Shown here: positions 36,046 to 48,384 of the stretch, one piece after another
How positions within the stretch are numbered: the first letter of the stretch is position 1
Layout: each line of letters opens with the position of its first letter
NCBI GenBank assembly: GCA_010093605.1
Contig: MU004204.1
Coordinates: 266,959-330,958, forward strand
Origin: Lophium mytilinum
Lineage: Eukaryota
Length of the DNA: 64,000 nt
Reading direction: 5' to 3'
Translations under genes and position numbers: made by a program
Notes under the pieces: generated by a model
Told to the model about the DNA's origin: nothing
Seen by the model: the letters and a program-made list of their open reading frames with translations, nothing else
Databases searched by the model: none

Positions 36046-38064
36046 ATGTCCGAGGTTCTTCCCCAGAGCCTCTCCCCATCCCGCAAACGTCCTCACGAGG
36101 ATGACAGAGCGCCCGCCGAAGCAGCCCCTCCGATGGCGTCCGCCTCTCCAGCTCATTCAACTACCTCTACGTTGACGTCGCTATCTAGCATGACTACTCC
36201 TGCTACCTCCAACCTGCCCAATGCGCGAGCGGCGTCCCCGGCTCCAAGCAGCAACAACTCGGTGTCAGGCCAGGCCAATGCCCAGCCGGGCATATCTACG
36301 AATGGTGCCAAGCCTCAGAAGAGAAGGAAACTTACACCCAAGGAACAAGAGGAGAAGAAGCTGGAGAGGGAGGCCAAAGATAAGGCGAAGGCTGAAGCCA
36401 AGGCCCAAAAGGATGAAGAAAAGCGGGTGAAAGATGAGGAGCGGCGGAAAAAGAACGAGGAAAAGGAAGAAAAGAAGCGAGCCAAGGAGCTTGAGCAACA
36501 ACAGAGAGAGAACGAGAAGCGAAAGAAAGACGAAGAAAAGCAGAAGAAGGAGAAGGTATGTCGACCCTTTGCCTGCCAGAGTTCTTGGGACAGCTACTAA
36601 AGTCCTACAGTCTCAGCTCCGATTGAACGCCTTCTTCAAGCAGCCTCAAAAAGGCTCCGCGGATAGCCCCAGTAAACCACTACTGTCAGCAGACCCAATG
36701 GACAGGAGGAAGTCGCTGTCCCTTGAGCCCGGAATACCGTCACGATCCCCGTCCCCAAGCAAGCGAGCTCCGAAGTTGACGGATTACGAGCGCTGTTTTC
36801 TTCCTTTCGAACTTCCCTCTCGCTCTATTATAGCACCATATAATCAGTTTATCGGTGGAGAGGACGAAGTAGAAGCAGCGCGCCAGCGACTAGACAATCT
36901 CGCACCACAAGACCACACGTCCATGGAAGTCAGCCAGCCTGAATCCTTCAAGTCTCAATTGGCCAGCCGTGGCCCTCGCGGCTCAAAGACCATTCCGATG
37001 AGGGACATCATCGCGCACATCAATGGGTCCTCTGCACATCCCATTGACCTGACGGACGAAGCTGCCAGGGCCAGCGCGCAACCCTTGGACCTATTGAAGA
37101 AAGTACCCATGAAGTACCTTTTCTTCCCCGAGGATGTGCGACCACCGTACTACGGTACATTCACAAAAGTCCCCACTCCGCAGGAGGCAGCCAGGCTAGC
37201 CCGAAACCCCTTCTACCGTGGGCTGCCCGAGGCTGACTACGACTACGACTCGGAGGCGGAATGGGAGGAGCCAGAGGAAGGAGAAGATCTGGACTCGGAA
37301 GGAGACGATGATTCTGAGGCGGACGACGATGATCTGGAAAGCTTCCTCGACGACGAAGACGCGGCGGAGAATAAAAGAAGGCTTATCAGTGGAGATCTTG
37401 AACCTGTGAGCACTGGTCTTTGCTGGGAGGACGGGAGGGGGGTAGCTAGACGCGCGGATGGCTCCGGAGAGATCTGTCTCGAGTTCAGAGAGCTGAAGAT
37501 GGGGATGCTTCTTGGTATGTAAACATTCTGTTTTCATGATTTTCTAGGCTAACGTTCGCAGAACCACGTCCCGCGTCCATCGATCCTTTTTCAACAGCAT
37601 ACTGGGAAAAGGTCGCTACTACCTCTCCTCTCACCCTACAGTCTAGAGAGAGTGGTGCAGGCTCTTTAAGCGGCTTGATGAATCCTCCTAGGTTGCCGCT
37701 TACCTCGCGACCGAATTCTATGTTGAACGGTCACAACTCACTCCTTGCAAATAAACCGGGCCCGAAGCCAGCTAAAGTGCCTAGCGCGGCACAATTTGCA
37801 AAGCCGAAGCGAATGGTACCTCCTGATCAGTTACAAGCGTTCAAAACCGCGATATCGGGTAGTGACCTGACCAAAATAGCGCTCGTAGAGGCGTTGAAAA
37901 AGCAGTGAGTAGCTACTTTGCTTCAAAGAATGACACACAAATGCTGACCAGACTTAAGATTTCCTAAGCTACCGAAGGACGTGATCAACAACACTCTCAG
38001 CAACGTTGCGGCACGTGTCGGCGCCAAAGAAATCGAGAAACGATGGGTCCTGCTCGCGCCTTGA
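36046..38064 (+). CDS. RLF2: Chromatin assembly factor 1 large subunit (Cac1/Rlf2/p150)
   Basis: K/E/R coiled coil, PIP box QLRLNAFF, EDVRPPYYGT, YDYDSEAEWEE acidic region and a C-terminal winged-helix-like end. Three introns. Confidence 0.92.
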
Positions 38065-40318
38065 GATCAGCTCCCGAGTCGCAATTCCGCTCAGCGCTAC
38101 GGAAACACCCCTCGATGTCTAAATCAAGGCATACATATTATCAGAAATACTGGCGTCATCACAACATGAACGAGTATGGATATGCCACCGCTCAGCAGCT
38201 GCCGCTGCAGCCGCAGCCATCATTACTGTCACATATTACGGTTACCCTTCGGCAGGTTACCGGAAGTGTATGCTACGTACGATATGTATTCAAGAGAGAA
38301 GGGAAGTTGTCAGAACTAGGTGTTATATCTCGCATGTTTCTTTCTCAACAGCTGGCCGGGCGGCTGGAGCTTCAAAGGAGCGACGGATATGTACGCACTG
38401 ACATTTTACATGTGCGCCTAGGGAATAGATCTAGGGTAGGAGTGAGGTAGACTCCGGAATCGAAGCTGTGATGCTCAGGATGTGTCACTCAGTGCATGTG
38501 ATTGTTCCCTAAAAGTGCGCTAATCTCGGAGTATGCACTCAACATAGTCGACCGCGACGAGCCTGCCTACCTACGCCGCTCCCGTGCATCGTAGAGGCGG
38601 CTAGGCAGTCATGCAGCCTTTTTAGTCGAGCTATGATAGGTGAAGGAGTGGACGAGGGGTAGATGTTGGTGGGGGAGTTGGAAGTTCCCAATAAATGCTG
38701 GCACAGGGAAATCGAGAGCAAGCTCGAGATGGCAGCTCTACGATAGCCCCAGGACTGGGGAGAGCATGCTATCGGCTCCCAGCTGCCGCGTTTCCAACAT
38801 TGTAGCTTTTCTTAAGGCCAAGCGTCCGATGAATATCGAATAGGATGGAGGCTATGTCACGTGAGTGCATATCAGTGAGCGTGCATTTCTCCTACGCTCA
38901 AGTACGTGTAACAACAGGCCTCCAGATGATCCACTAAATTGGAGTACAAGCTTTTCTCCACAACGGACGGACATGTCTCCATTGGCGGCAATAACTTGAC
39001 TGCCAGCTGGCACAGGCTGAGCGTGTGAGACGCTCTGAAGCAGCTTGATACACCCGGCGGACTCCCTCAAGGCTGATCGGTAGAACCGCGCGCCTTCTCT
39101 AAACAAGACTCCTCTCATTAGATCAGATTGCGGATAAGTCGGTGTTGCAAGCCATGGAGTACCGTTGTGCTTTGCTGCCTAGCAGGCTCGCGGGCAAAGC
39201 CGTGGGTTTGGAGGTAGTCCCTCGTGATACGCACCGTCTTACTAGTGAGGAGGGAGGGGCTTTGGGGTTGGTTCCTTGGTGTCTTAGTCCAACGCCTCTT
39301 AAGCGCCCGAACGGGATGCGGATGCGAGTGAGCGTCCTCGGGCTAGTGGCCCCGTGCCGTACCGGAGCGAGTGCTCGTGCACACGGGGCATGCTTCCATT
39401 TCTTCAAGAAGTTAAAATGGCAAGACAATCAGTAACTTTCAATAGGGTCCGGAGAAGGTGGTAGTCAGTTGTGTCTACAGCTCGGGATCAAGATGCAGGC
39501 GTGGCAGGCACTTCACGACCAGCGCAAAGCACTGTACATAGTTCTAAAGGAACTGCTGGCATGTAGCGTAAGGACGCATCGACTAGTCTACACTGAAGTT
39601 TTTGCAGAAGTTGGGAAAGTCGATACTGGATGGGTGAGGTTGAAAATAGCTGTAACCCCGGCAGGCGCTCGGGACATGGTGGAGAAATCGAGGCCAATCA
39701 AAAGCCCCTTATCTCAACCCTCCGCTCTATTTTTAGTTCTTCCACTCTCGACATCGCCAAACACCCAGCCACCAGCCGGGCGCCTCATGGTGGATTAACT
39801 CTTCTCCGGACCGCTGTCTGTTGGAAGCGCTGGCTCCAACCTAGAAGCAGTCTACCGTGCAGCCCGTCCCGGCGCCCAGCCGCCCACCAACCCATCTGGC
39901 GGTCTCTAACGACGCCTCTGCAGGAATCGACTCGACGAGAGCGCGTCTCATGTTTTCCCTGGAGCCTCATCAGATGCGGAGAAGTCCTATTTTCAGCTTT
40001 TTTGAGCTCGCCAGCCGGACCCCCTTGCGGACCTGCAAATCTTAGAGCTTATTCTTAGCAGACCATGCAATCACGTCGACGCGAAGGCGGGTTTGTGCGC
40101 GCCATGGCTGGCGTCTCATGCCGTGGCACCGAGTAGCTAGAATGATAACACACATAAGGGCCGCGGGAGCATAACCTCCCTCCGCCGCGCCCGTCTGACA
40201 GTACTGTGCCGCTTTCTCTCGACACGCTGTCCCGCTCTTTTACTCGGTTTCTGACGTGAACCATTGCTCTATGCTTTTGCCTGGTTGCAATCCTTACGCA
40301 TAAATCCTTTACGCGATT

Positions 40319-41838
40319 ATGGCTTCTCTTCTCTATTTCCTTTCTGCGTCTGTGCTGTTTGCTCAGTCAACAGCCTTCAATTGCTCGAAAGCTCCCATCT
40401 ACGTCGATATACACAAGCGTGCTGTCCATGGGACTGATGTGTTTCAATATGGCTCGTTCATCGGCGTGGGAAACCCGGCACAGAACCAAAGCTTATGGCC
40501 GTCGTTGATCCGCAACCACACTGTGATTACAGATTCACATTACTGTGATCATAGCTCCCTCTCGAATTGTGCGCAGTCTACTCGAGGGAACTTCGATACT
40601 TTGCTCTCTACCTCGTATGCTCCCTCGTTGAGCTTTCAAGGCGCTTTTGCTCACATCAAGACAGATTCGTAGAAGAGAACAACTTCCAGTCACTGGACCA
40701 CAACATAAGCGACCTAAACGGAACCTTCACCGGAGAATTCGGCCAGGACGATCTACACCTCTATACCCATTTCTTCGAATCCGATGGTGCTTCACAGAAT
40801 CTCATCACCAACTACACGGTCGAGGTCGCCACGAACGGCAGCGCTGCTCCAGGCATCGTTGGTATGGGGTATTCTTCTACCCTACTACAGACACTTTATG
40901 ACCAAAATATGATTGCGGGCCGAACCTACTCCCTATATATCGGATCTGGAATGGACCGTGCTGGCGGTGTCATCAACGGCAGCAATGTCTTCGGCGGCTA
41001 TGATGCCGGTCGCTTCAAAGGCGATGTCCACAAATACCCAATGCGCACCGACGATGCCTCTCCTTTCCCAGTAACTGTCCAGGACATCGTCATCAGCGAT
41101 GGTGGAGACTCTACCAGCAACATTTCACTCTTTGACCCAGCCAGCTTCTCCGACTTGAAGTCCCGGCCAGACCCTTTCGAAGCCAGGCTCACCACCGAGC
41201 AATATCCGCTCTCTCTCCCATACGCCATCACCCAAAACTACATCAAGAAGCTATCAGCAGGACCATCCGGCAACTCCGATGGCTCACTAAAGCTTAACAA
41301 GCCATTCGCTGGCACCATGACCATCATCCTCTCCGATGGCTTTACAATCACAATGCCCAACAATGTTATGTTCAACGCCAGCGGCATCTCCCCCGTCGCC
41401 GCCCGTGACGAAAACTCCACCGAACCCTTTCTCCTCTCCGTCGCCTTCCTCAGCCAGGTCTACCTCATGGCCGACTACGACACCTACCAGTTCTTCCTCG
41501 CGACCGCCATCCAAGAGCAAAAAGCAGTCATGCCCCGCACCTTCTGCCCCAAGTCCACCCCAGTCCCTTACATCCCGCCCAAAACCTCCAGCTTTGCCCA
41601 CCAAGGCATGATCGGCGCGGTGATAGGCGGCGTCGTCGGCGGCATCGGCCTCATCTGCTTCGCGAGCTGCCTCTTTCTCGGGATCCGGTCGTCGCGCGCT
41701 GCGAGGAAAGCGGAACGAGCCGAGGAGGAGGAGAAGGCGAGGGGGAAGGCGACGATGTTGCAGTTCGATATCGACGATAAGATGGATTTTGATGCGCCGC
41801 CTAGGACGGCGACGCCGTTTTTTTGGAATAGGAGATGA
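40319..41838 (+). CDS. Pepsin-fold (A1-like) type I membrane protein, catalytic motifs degenerate
   Basis: Signal peptide, IGVGNPAQ, GIVGMG, YSLYIG, FGGYDAGRF, AFLSQVYLMADYD and a C-terminal TM (GAVIGGVVGG). Intron 40615-40664. Confidence 0.82.
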
Positions 41839-42876
41839 TCGGTTTGGGATTGGGCATGGCGTTTGTGGGGACCGAGGGATGGCGTCTTAATTATACCCAT
41901 GTTGTATCAAAGCATTCGTTTGCGTAGTGCTTTGTTCTGTATATAGAATAGGGATGGGGGAACTGGGAATGAATCTTGTTCGTAGTCGTTTATCTAGTGC
42001 TTCGATAAGTGTGATTTATTCCACGGGCTCACTGTTGTGCTTATTGCTGTATTCAGGAACGTGTTTAGTCATTTGCTATCCCGAATACGAGCACAAGTAT
42101 GAATCAACATATTCGGGTACTGGATGAAGACGTGGGGAAGCAGCAAAGTATGGCTCAGCTCAGTTCACTCTTTGTGTGAGGGCTAGGAAGTAACAGAAAG
42201 AGAAGAAGGCACAGCTTATAGGGCGCCGATGGACGATGAGAAGCACGTGACTAGAGCTTAGCGAGGTTTTGCGTCAGCTACGCTAGCCACTTCAACCGGC
42301 CTTAGTTAAACCGTAGGTTCCACCTCTACCAAACGTTGCAAAGTTGGATATTGACAAGGGGCGAGGAAGAAGGACGATAGAACGAAAAAAGTGTTGACAT
42401 GTCTAGGATTTAAATGTATTTTGATTAGATGCTGATTTTTCATCTTCCCTAAGCAAAAACCCGGACTTGAATAGTCACTTCAATAAACTACATCCCCGTA
42501 CGCTAACGATTACACCTACAGCAGATTTTCGTAGAAAATCAACGCATGCAAAGCCAGATTCTAAAGGCCCATGTCATTATTTCCGCTTTGAGATGCGGAC
42601 TGCGAGGTCTTGTGGCCTGTGCGCTATAAGCACCAGCCTTCTCGTAGTCAGCGGAACTTTCATCCCAGACCACTGCAGAGCGCGAAACGCTTTCCGTGAG
42701 CCCTAAACCATCCGACCTTGACATGTTGGGAGAGGCAATGAGAGCGACTGACTCGCGCAGCCTTCCTGACTCCTAGGTTGTCGGGTTGCGTCGGGCTGCG
42801 ATATGCTATTAAACCAGCCCACCCGCCGGCAGCACTTACGAACGCAAGCACGCCTACGCATTGAAACTCGACTTTG

Positions 42877-44693
42877 ATGACCCGAACAGGCAAATGTGAC
42901 ATATGCCGGCAGAGGAAGGTCAGGGTAGGTACTCCCCCGACAATGTACTTGGACACGGCACTAATAACCTAGTGTGATGAACGCCGTCCTTCTTGTAGGC
43001 AATGTGCGAAAAAGAACCGGCCTTGTAGTTACGGATACGGCAAAGTCGCAGTCTACGTAGATGAGAGCGAGCAACAGGGTGGTCTACGACCTAAGTGCCC
43101 GAATGGCAACTCTGACACGGCGCCACTGGCTCGTGCAGATACTGTCTGGGAATCGGCTGGAGCCATTACCAAATACACGGCACCAGGAGCCATCATCATT
43201 CTCAGTGTTAGATCTTCCCGCGAGGCTAAGTCTGGAAATGGTATCTTCCAGACGCTCACCCCGGTCTGTGTCTCAGAAAATGGCAGATCCTCGACACCAT
43301 TCAGCAGTGTTCCAAGAGTCCGGAGGAGCCCAAGCTGCTCCGAGACGAAATTGTGCACCCAGTTTATTGCAGTCATCGGTACTGAGCCCCCGAATCAAAA
43401 CCCTTCGGAAATTTGGGGAAGCTGGATCCATCTCGTCCCATCAATGATCGGCAGGCATTCGACTCTGGACTATGCAGCCGCTGCTTATGCTAGCGGGAGT
43501 ACTGCATTCCTCAGCAAAGATCCAGCGCAAGCAGCCACTGCTCGGGCAAGCTATTCGAGGGCACTGAAATCTCTACAATCGGCGGTATTGGTTACCAGCT
43601 CCGAATTTCTAATCGAGACTTTGAGTGCGGTAAAGCTTCTCTCAACGTTCGAGGTATGCGTCTTTCACAGTTTTATGATTGAGAGGGGGTCTCTGACCAG
43701 CGAAAGGTGCTCATGGGTATGGCATCCTTTGCCTGGGTATCCCATAGCCAGGGCCTAGCGAAGATGCTGGTTTCCCGTGGGCCAAGAGTAGTAGACGACG
43801 AGATTGAGAGGTCCATATTCTACTCCAGCTACTTTCTTGAGGTAAGCCCATACCCATAGCTCTGCAAATAATCATCCAAAAGCCTAACAGCCTCGAAGGT
43901 TGCAGAAGCCATCCTCAGTGACTCAGTCTCGGACTTCGATAACGAGGACTGGCTTTTCTTTCCACCACCGGAGACCACATCTGAGTGTCCAGCTTTCGAC
44001 ACTGCTTGCCAGGCAATAATGCAACAATTCGTTCGAATTCCACGGCTGATGAAGCTCGTACGTGCATACCTGCAAGATCCCTGCAATCTCACCCTCGGAA
44101 CCGAAGCCGTAGACCTCGCAAGAAAGCTCTACCTAAGCAACCTAGACACTCTTGTGTCAAAAGCCTTGCTCGATCTCACGGATGTAGTCCCCACAACCTC
44201 CCCAGATCTCCGAGATTTCTTCCCAGAATCGTTTGAGTACCACTCCGTCAAGATACTGGACCTTTTAGTCCACTACTGGACGTGCCGGATCTTTCTTCTT
44301 GGACTGATCCAAAGCCTGTGCGACACACCATATTTCTCAACGGCATTCTCGCTTCAGGATGTGATTGAAGAGGATGAGCGAGTCGCTGGGTATATCCTTA
44401 TGTCTAGCGAGTTCGCTGCAAGCGTGAAGCCAATGCCAACAGGCGCGGTCGTGATGATATTACCTTTGCAAATCTCCTTTGGGGCATGGTATCGGAGCGA
44501 ACGGCGAGAAAGCTACTGTGGGGAACGCTGGAACCGTGCTGTCTGTATGAAGAACTGGAGTCTGGATAGTTCGAATGGTTGTTTGAGTATCTGGGGTGGC
44601 CGGGCACAGTCGTTGGATGAATTGGAGGCGAAAACGAGGACTTTTGAAGGGGCGTCGCTTGAGCCTTGGATGCGTAGAAAAGTCAGCAGTTAG
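42877..44693 (+). CDS. Zn(II)2Cys6 transcription factor
   Basis: MTRTGKCDICRQRKVR|CDERRPSCRQCAKKNRPC across intron 42925-42972. The frame stays open into the fungal TF domain, with two further introns. Confidence 0.9.
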
Positions 44694-44829
44694 AGTTGGA
44701 GCAATAGAGTCGGAGGAGTGGATTATGTCTCCTCAGACTAGAGACGTAGGATATAGGTGCCATACAGCAAGTGTTGTTCAGTTTGCATTACTTTCTCGTG
44801 CGTGCACCCCTTGTGAACGTCCTCCACGT

Positions 44830-44960
44830 CGGAGTAACAAGCGGCCGATTTGTGGTGGGCCTTAAATGTCGATAACGTTGAAAATTCTACGTAGAGTTAA
44901 ACTCTTTTTCGGAGTAACAAGTGGCCGATTCGTGACGGGCCTTAAAGGTTGATCATTGGA
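44830..44960. repeat. Imperfect direct repeat of about 50 bp, 80-bp period
   Basis: CGGAGTAACAAGYGGCCGATTYGTGRYGGGCCTTAAA at 44830 and 44910. Confidence 0.85.
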
Positions 44961-45749
44961 CAGAAAGAGCTCGGTATACCGTTTCCCTGGGGGCAAGGGG
45001 TTTAAACGTTATACTATATAGGAACATTATGTTAAACAATTACGTGGAAATAAAATTAGAGGCCGTTACACGTTCAAGAACACTTTAAACTAAGCTTACT
45101 TACTTCCTACACCTTTTCTAGTAGATACGCTTTACCTATAAGAAACACCTTGTATGGAAGACGTTGGTGGAGTTTTTCCAAAATAAGGAAACAGGTGTCG
45201 GGTCCTTTCCTCTCTAGCATGCTTAGAGTACTCACTACTCAGCATCTGGTGTATATCCTTCCTCCTTCCGCTTAGTAGCTAGCTTCCTCACCATCATCAA
45301 TACAACAACAGCCTTTGACCTCTGGTCTTGATATCTTTTCCATCTGATTGCCGCTCACAGGGGCCGAGCGAACCCCTAAAAGGATCAAGGCCCGTGCCAC
45401 AACCCGACCACATATCACTCCGACCGTCCGACGTGGAGACGACATACGAAGTACCCAAACGCGACCGCTTCAACCATACTCAAAGCATCTGGACCCGAAG
45501 TAGGCTTGAATGAGATTAATCGTAGAGCTATAGTACGGCGCATTTAAGAGTAACTCCGGCATTAACTCCGCAGATATGTAACATGCGCAGGGCGTGACCC
45601 CTCATCGCGAATGCTGGCCGGAACTTACGTGACGCCATAGCCGTCCTGCTGTATAAGATTAACCTGCAATACCTTTCGTCGACTCAACAAGTCGAAAGAC
45701 CATTTACCACCAGCAACAAAGCACCGTACGAGGGAACTCATCAGGAACA

Positions 45750-46937
45750 ATGGCCTCCGCCACCATTGATCGTCTGCTCGCCGAATCCAAAGCGGAGTAC
45801 CGGCAATTGGGCAAGTCCGGATTGCGTATCTCAGTGCCCATTCTAGGAGCTATGAGCCTGGGCGACAAGAGGACTCTGCCGTGGTCTCTCGAAGAGAAGG
45901 AAGCACTGCCCATACTCAAAGCTGCGTACGATAGGGGCGTCAACACATGGGACACGGGTATGAGACTCTACCATGCATGTAGAATGTAAACTTCCACAGC
46001 TAACGCCTGGCGCCAGCAAACACCTACAGTAACGGCGAAAGCGAACGAATCATTGCAAAAGCAATCGAAACCTACAAAATACCACGAGAGAAGGTCCTCA
46101 TCTTGACTAAGTGCTGTAGCTATGTCGGAGAACAACCTGAGCTGCGGGCTGTATATTTCCGCGAGCAATTACCAAAGTTGAAGGATTATGTTAACCATGG
46201 AGGACTATCAAGGGCGGCGATATTCAACCAGGTCAATGCTTCCCTGAAGAGGCTGAACACGGACTACATCGATCTGCTGCAAATACATCGGTACGACAAG
46301 GTCACGCCAATTGAGGAGACAATGGAGGCATTGAATGATCTTGTCAGAAGTGGCAAGGTCAGGTATATTGGAGCGAGCAGCATGTGGGCCACAGAATTCG
46401 CGGAGATGCAGTTCGCAGCAGAGAAGCACGGCTGGACGAAGTTTGTGTCTATGCAAAACCAGTATAGCCTGCTATATCGGGAAGAAGAAAGAGAAATGAA
46501 TAGGTTCTGCAATAAGACAGGAGTTGGCTTGATTCCTGTAAGTATTTTTGGTATATTCCTCTCTTTCTCAATCACTGACAAGCCTCACACAGTGGGCACC
46601 CCTTTGCCGCGGCCACCTCGCTCGTCCAGCATCCCAATATGGCACCACCGATCGTTCCGCGGGAGAGCAGAAACAGTCTTTCTTTACGTCTGGAACATTG
46701 GACGCTGATAAAAAGATCATACAACGCGTGGAAGAGCTGGCGGAGAAGCGTGGTTGGAAAATGAGCGAGGTTGCCTTGGCTTGGATCAATAAGAGGGTCT
46801 CATCGCCGATCATTGGATTTAGCACTGTTGAAAGGATAGATGAAGCTCTTGGAGCACGAGACAAGACTTTGACGAATGAGGAGGAGAAGTATCTTGAGGA
46901 GCTCTACCAACCTCGTGCGATAGAGGGGCATTTCTGA
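45750..46937 (+). CDS. Aldo-keto reductase (aryl-alcohol dehydrogenase-like)
   Basis: [43 protein letters not shown] and [16 protein letters not shown]. Two introns. Confidence 0.93.
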
Positions 46938-47219
46938 GGTGGAGTGGAGGGAGAAAGTACGCACATATATCACTCTACTAAAGCTGTAGGAAACTGCACC
47001 TTCGTTGTCCTGTAACCTCAGCATCCACCGCCGCCACCATAGATGGTGTCACCTAAGCAACAAGCATCGTAGCAAAAGAGATACAAAATTAAGCAAATTA
47101 GAAGGCTCGTGCACATCTCGTCACTTAAAATCAAAGCACAGCCCAAGGAAAAACCTCTCATCTCATCTATAATCTTACCTCGTGGAATGACTTAGTCCGC
47201 TCCGTTAGCAGCCTCGAGG

Positions 47220-47975
47220 CTACGTACTTCGAGCATCCGGATCCAGGTGCCTACACCGCCAATACCCACAGTAGCAATACTGACCCCCCTGGAAGTACCA
47301 CGGGCCGTAATCCACCGTAAGCTGCTCTCCAACCTTCACCGCCCTATTGCCCTTCATCATAATCGCAGTTACTCTCGTCCTCCCCACTCGACCCGTGACA
47401 AAACGTGCCTTCGCGTTGCAAGAGTGGTTCACAAACCGTGCGAAGGACCCTTCATGTGTCGCATCGATAGACCCACATGGCTTCGAGGATATCGATGGAC
47501 CCAGTGGCACTTGAACATGATACCCGACTTCGCTCGTATCGTAAAGATGCCCAGGAGGGTTCAAGACGCCAGTGTACTCACCAATCACCGTACGCGGCCC
47601 GATCCTCTTCTTCGCAAATACACCGACGCCCATACCTTCGACCTCTTTCAGCTCAAAGAGCTTCTCCCACTGTGCTTCCTTGGCACGGAAGGCTTCGAGG
47701 CTGCATTTGCAGCTGTTAGGCTTGGGGGTTTCGTCGCCGCACAAGAGACACATGCCTTCTGTAGTCGTTAGCAGGGTATCTAAGGACGGTTTCCAGGTTT
47801 TTGGGCCATTCCAGCCTTTTGGGCGGTTGGTGGGCCACTCGGATGGGTTGAAGGTTACGGAGCCGCATTGCCTTGGGATTGTTTTTGAGCGGATATTTTT
47901 GGCGATGCGGCGTCTGCCGGATATGGAGGTGAAGCGGAAGGGCTTGGATTTTGGGGGAGCTTTGAGTCGCACCAT
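47220..47975 (-). CDS. Small SET-domain protein A
   Basis: GVGVFA, IGEYTG, RFVNHSC, EQLTVDYG and post-SET CYCG..C. Intronless. Confidence 0.9.
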   Translation of the reverse strand: MVRLKAPPKSKPFRFTSISGRRRIAKNIRSKTIPRQCGSVTFNPSEWPTNRPKGWNGPKTWKPSLDTLLTTTEGMCLLCGDETPKPNSCKCSLEAFRAKEAQWEKLFELKEVEGMGVGVFAKKRIGPRTVIGEYTGVLNPPGHLYDTSEVGYHVQVPLGPSISSKPCGSIDATHEGSFARFVNHSCNAKARFVTGRVGRTRVTAIMMKGNRAVKVGEQLTVDYGPWYFQGGQYCYCGYWRCRHLDPDARST

Positions 47976-48384
47976 ATTTTGAATGGCTGATGCTGTCGGT
48001 AACCTGGTGTCCGCTGAGGTCTGTAAGTGCTTTCGTATGTTTCTTATTAGGAATCGAGATCTTCAATGTTGATGGAGAACGGGGTGCTGCGAAGAACGGG
48101 GCACAAAATGGCGGGTAGACAAAAGAACAAAGACTCGGCTGACAATGAGATGCAGCGTGGCTAGCACCTCTGATAATTGGTCTTTGTGACTTTGTTGCGG
48201 ACATAGGCTCTACCCATCAGAGTCTTTGTCCCATTATGTGCAGGTAATCCCTTTCATCGTCAAGCAGATAAGATCGACTGCACGTGGCAGACCTCCGGCA
48301 ACACAGATACTACCATACGCAGGTAAAGTTGAGGAGAACAACTCCCAAGAAGATAAACCAATCGTCGAATAATCAGCCGCAAAA

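Noticed and set aside
38100..40300. 2.2-kb gene-free stretch with an imperfect hairpin near 38543-38608
   Set aside because: No convincing spliced gene, tRNA or ncRNA signature by eye; an Infernal/Rfam scan would be needed.
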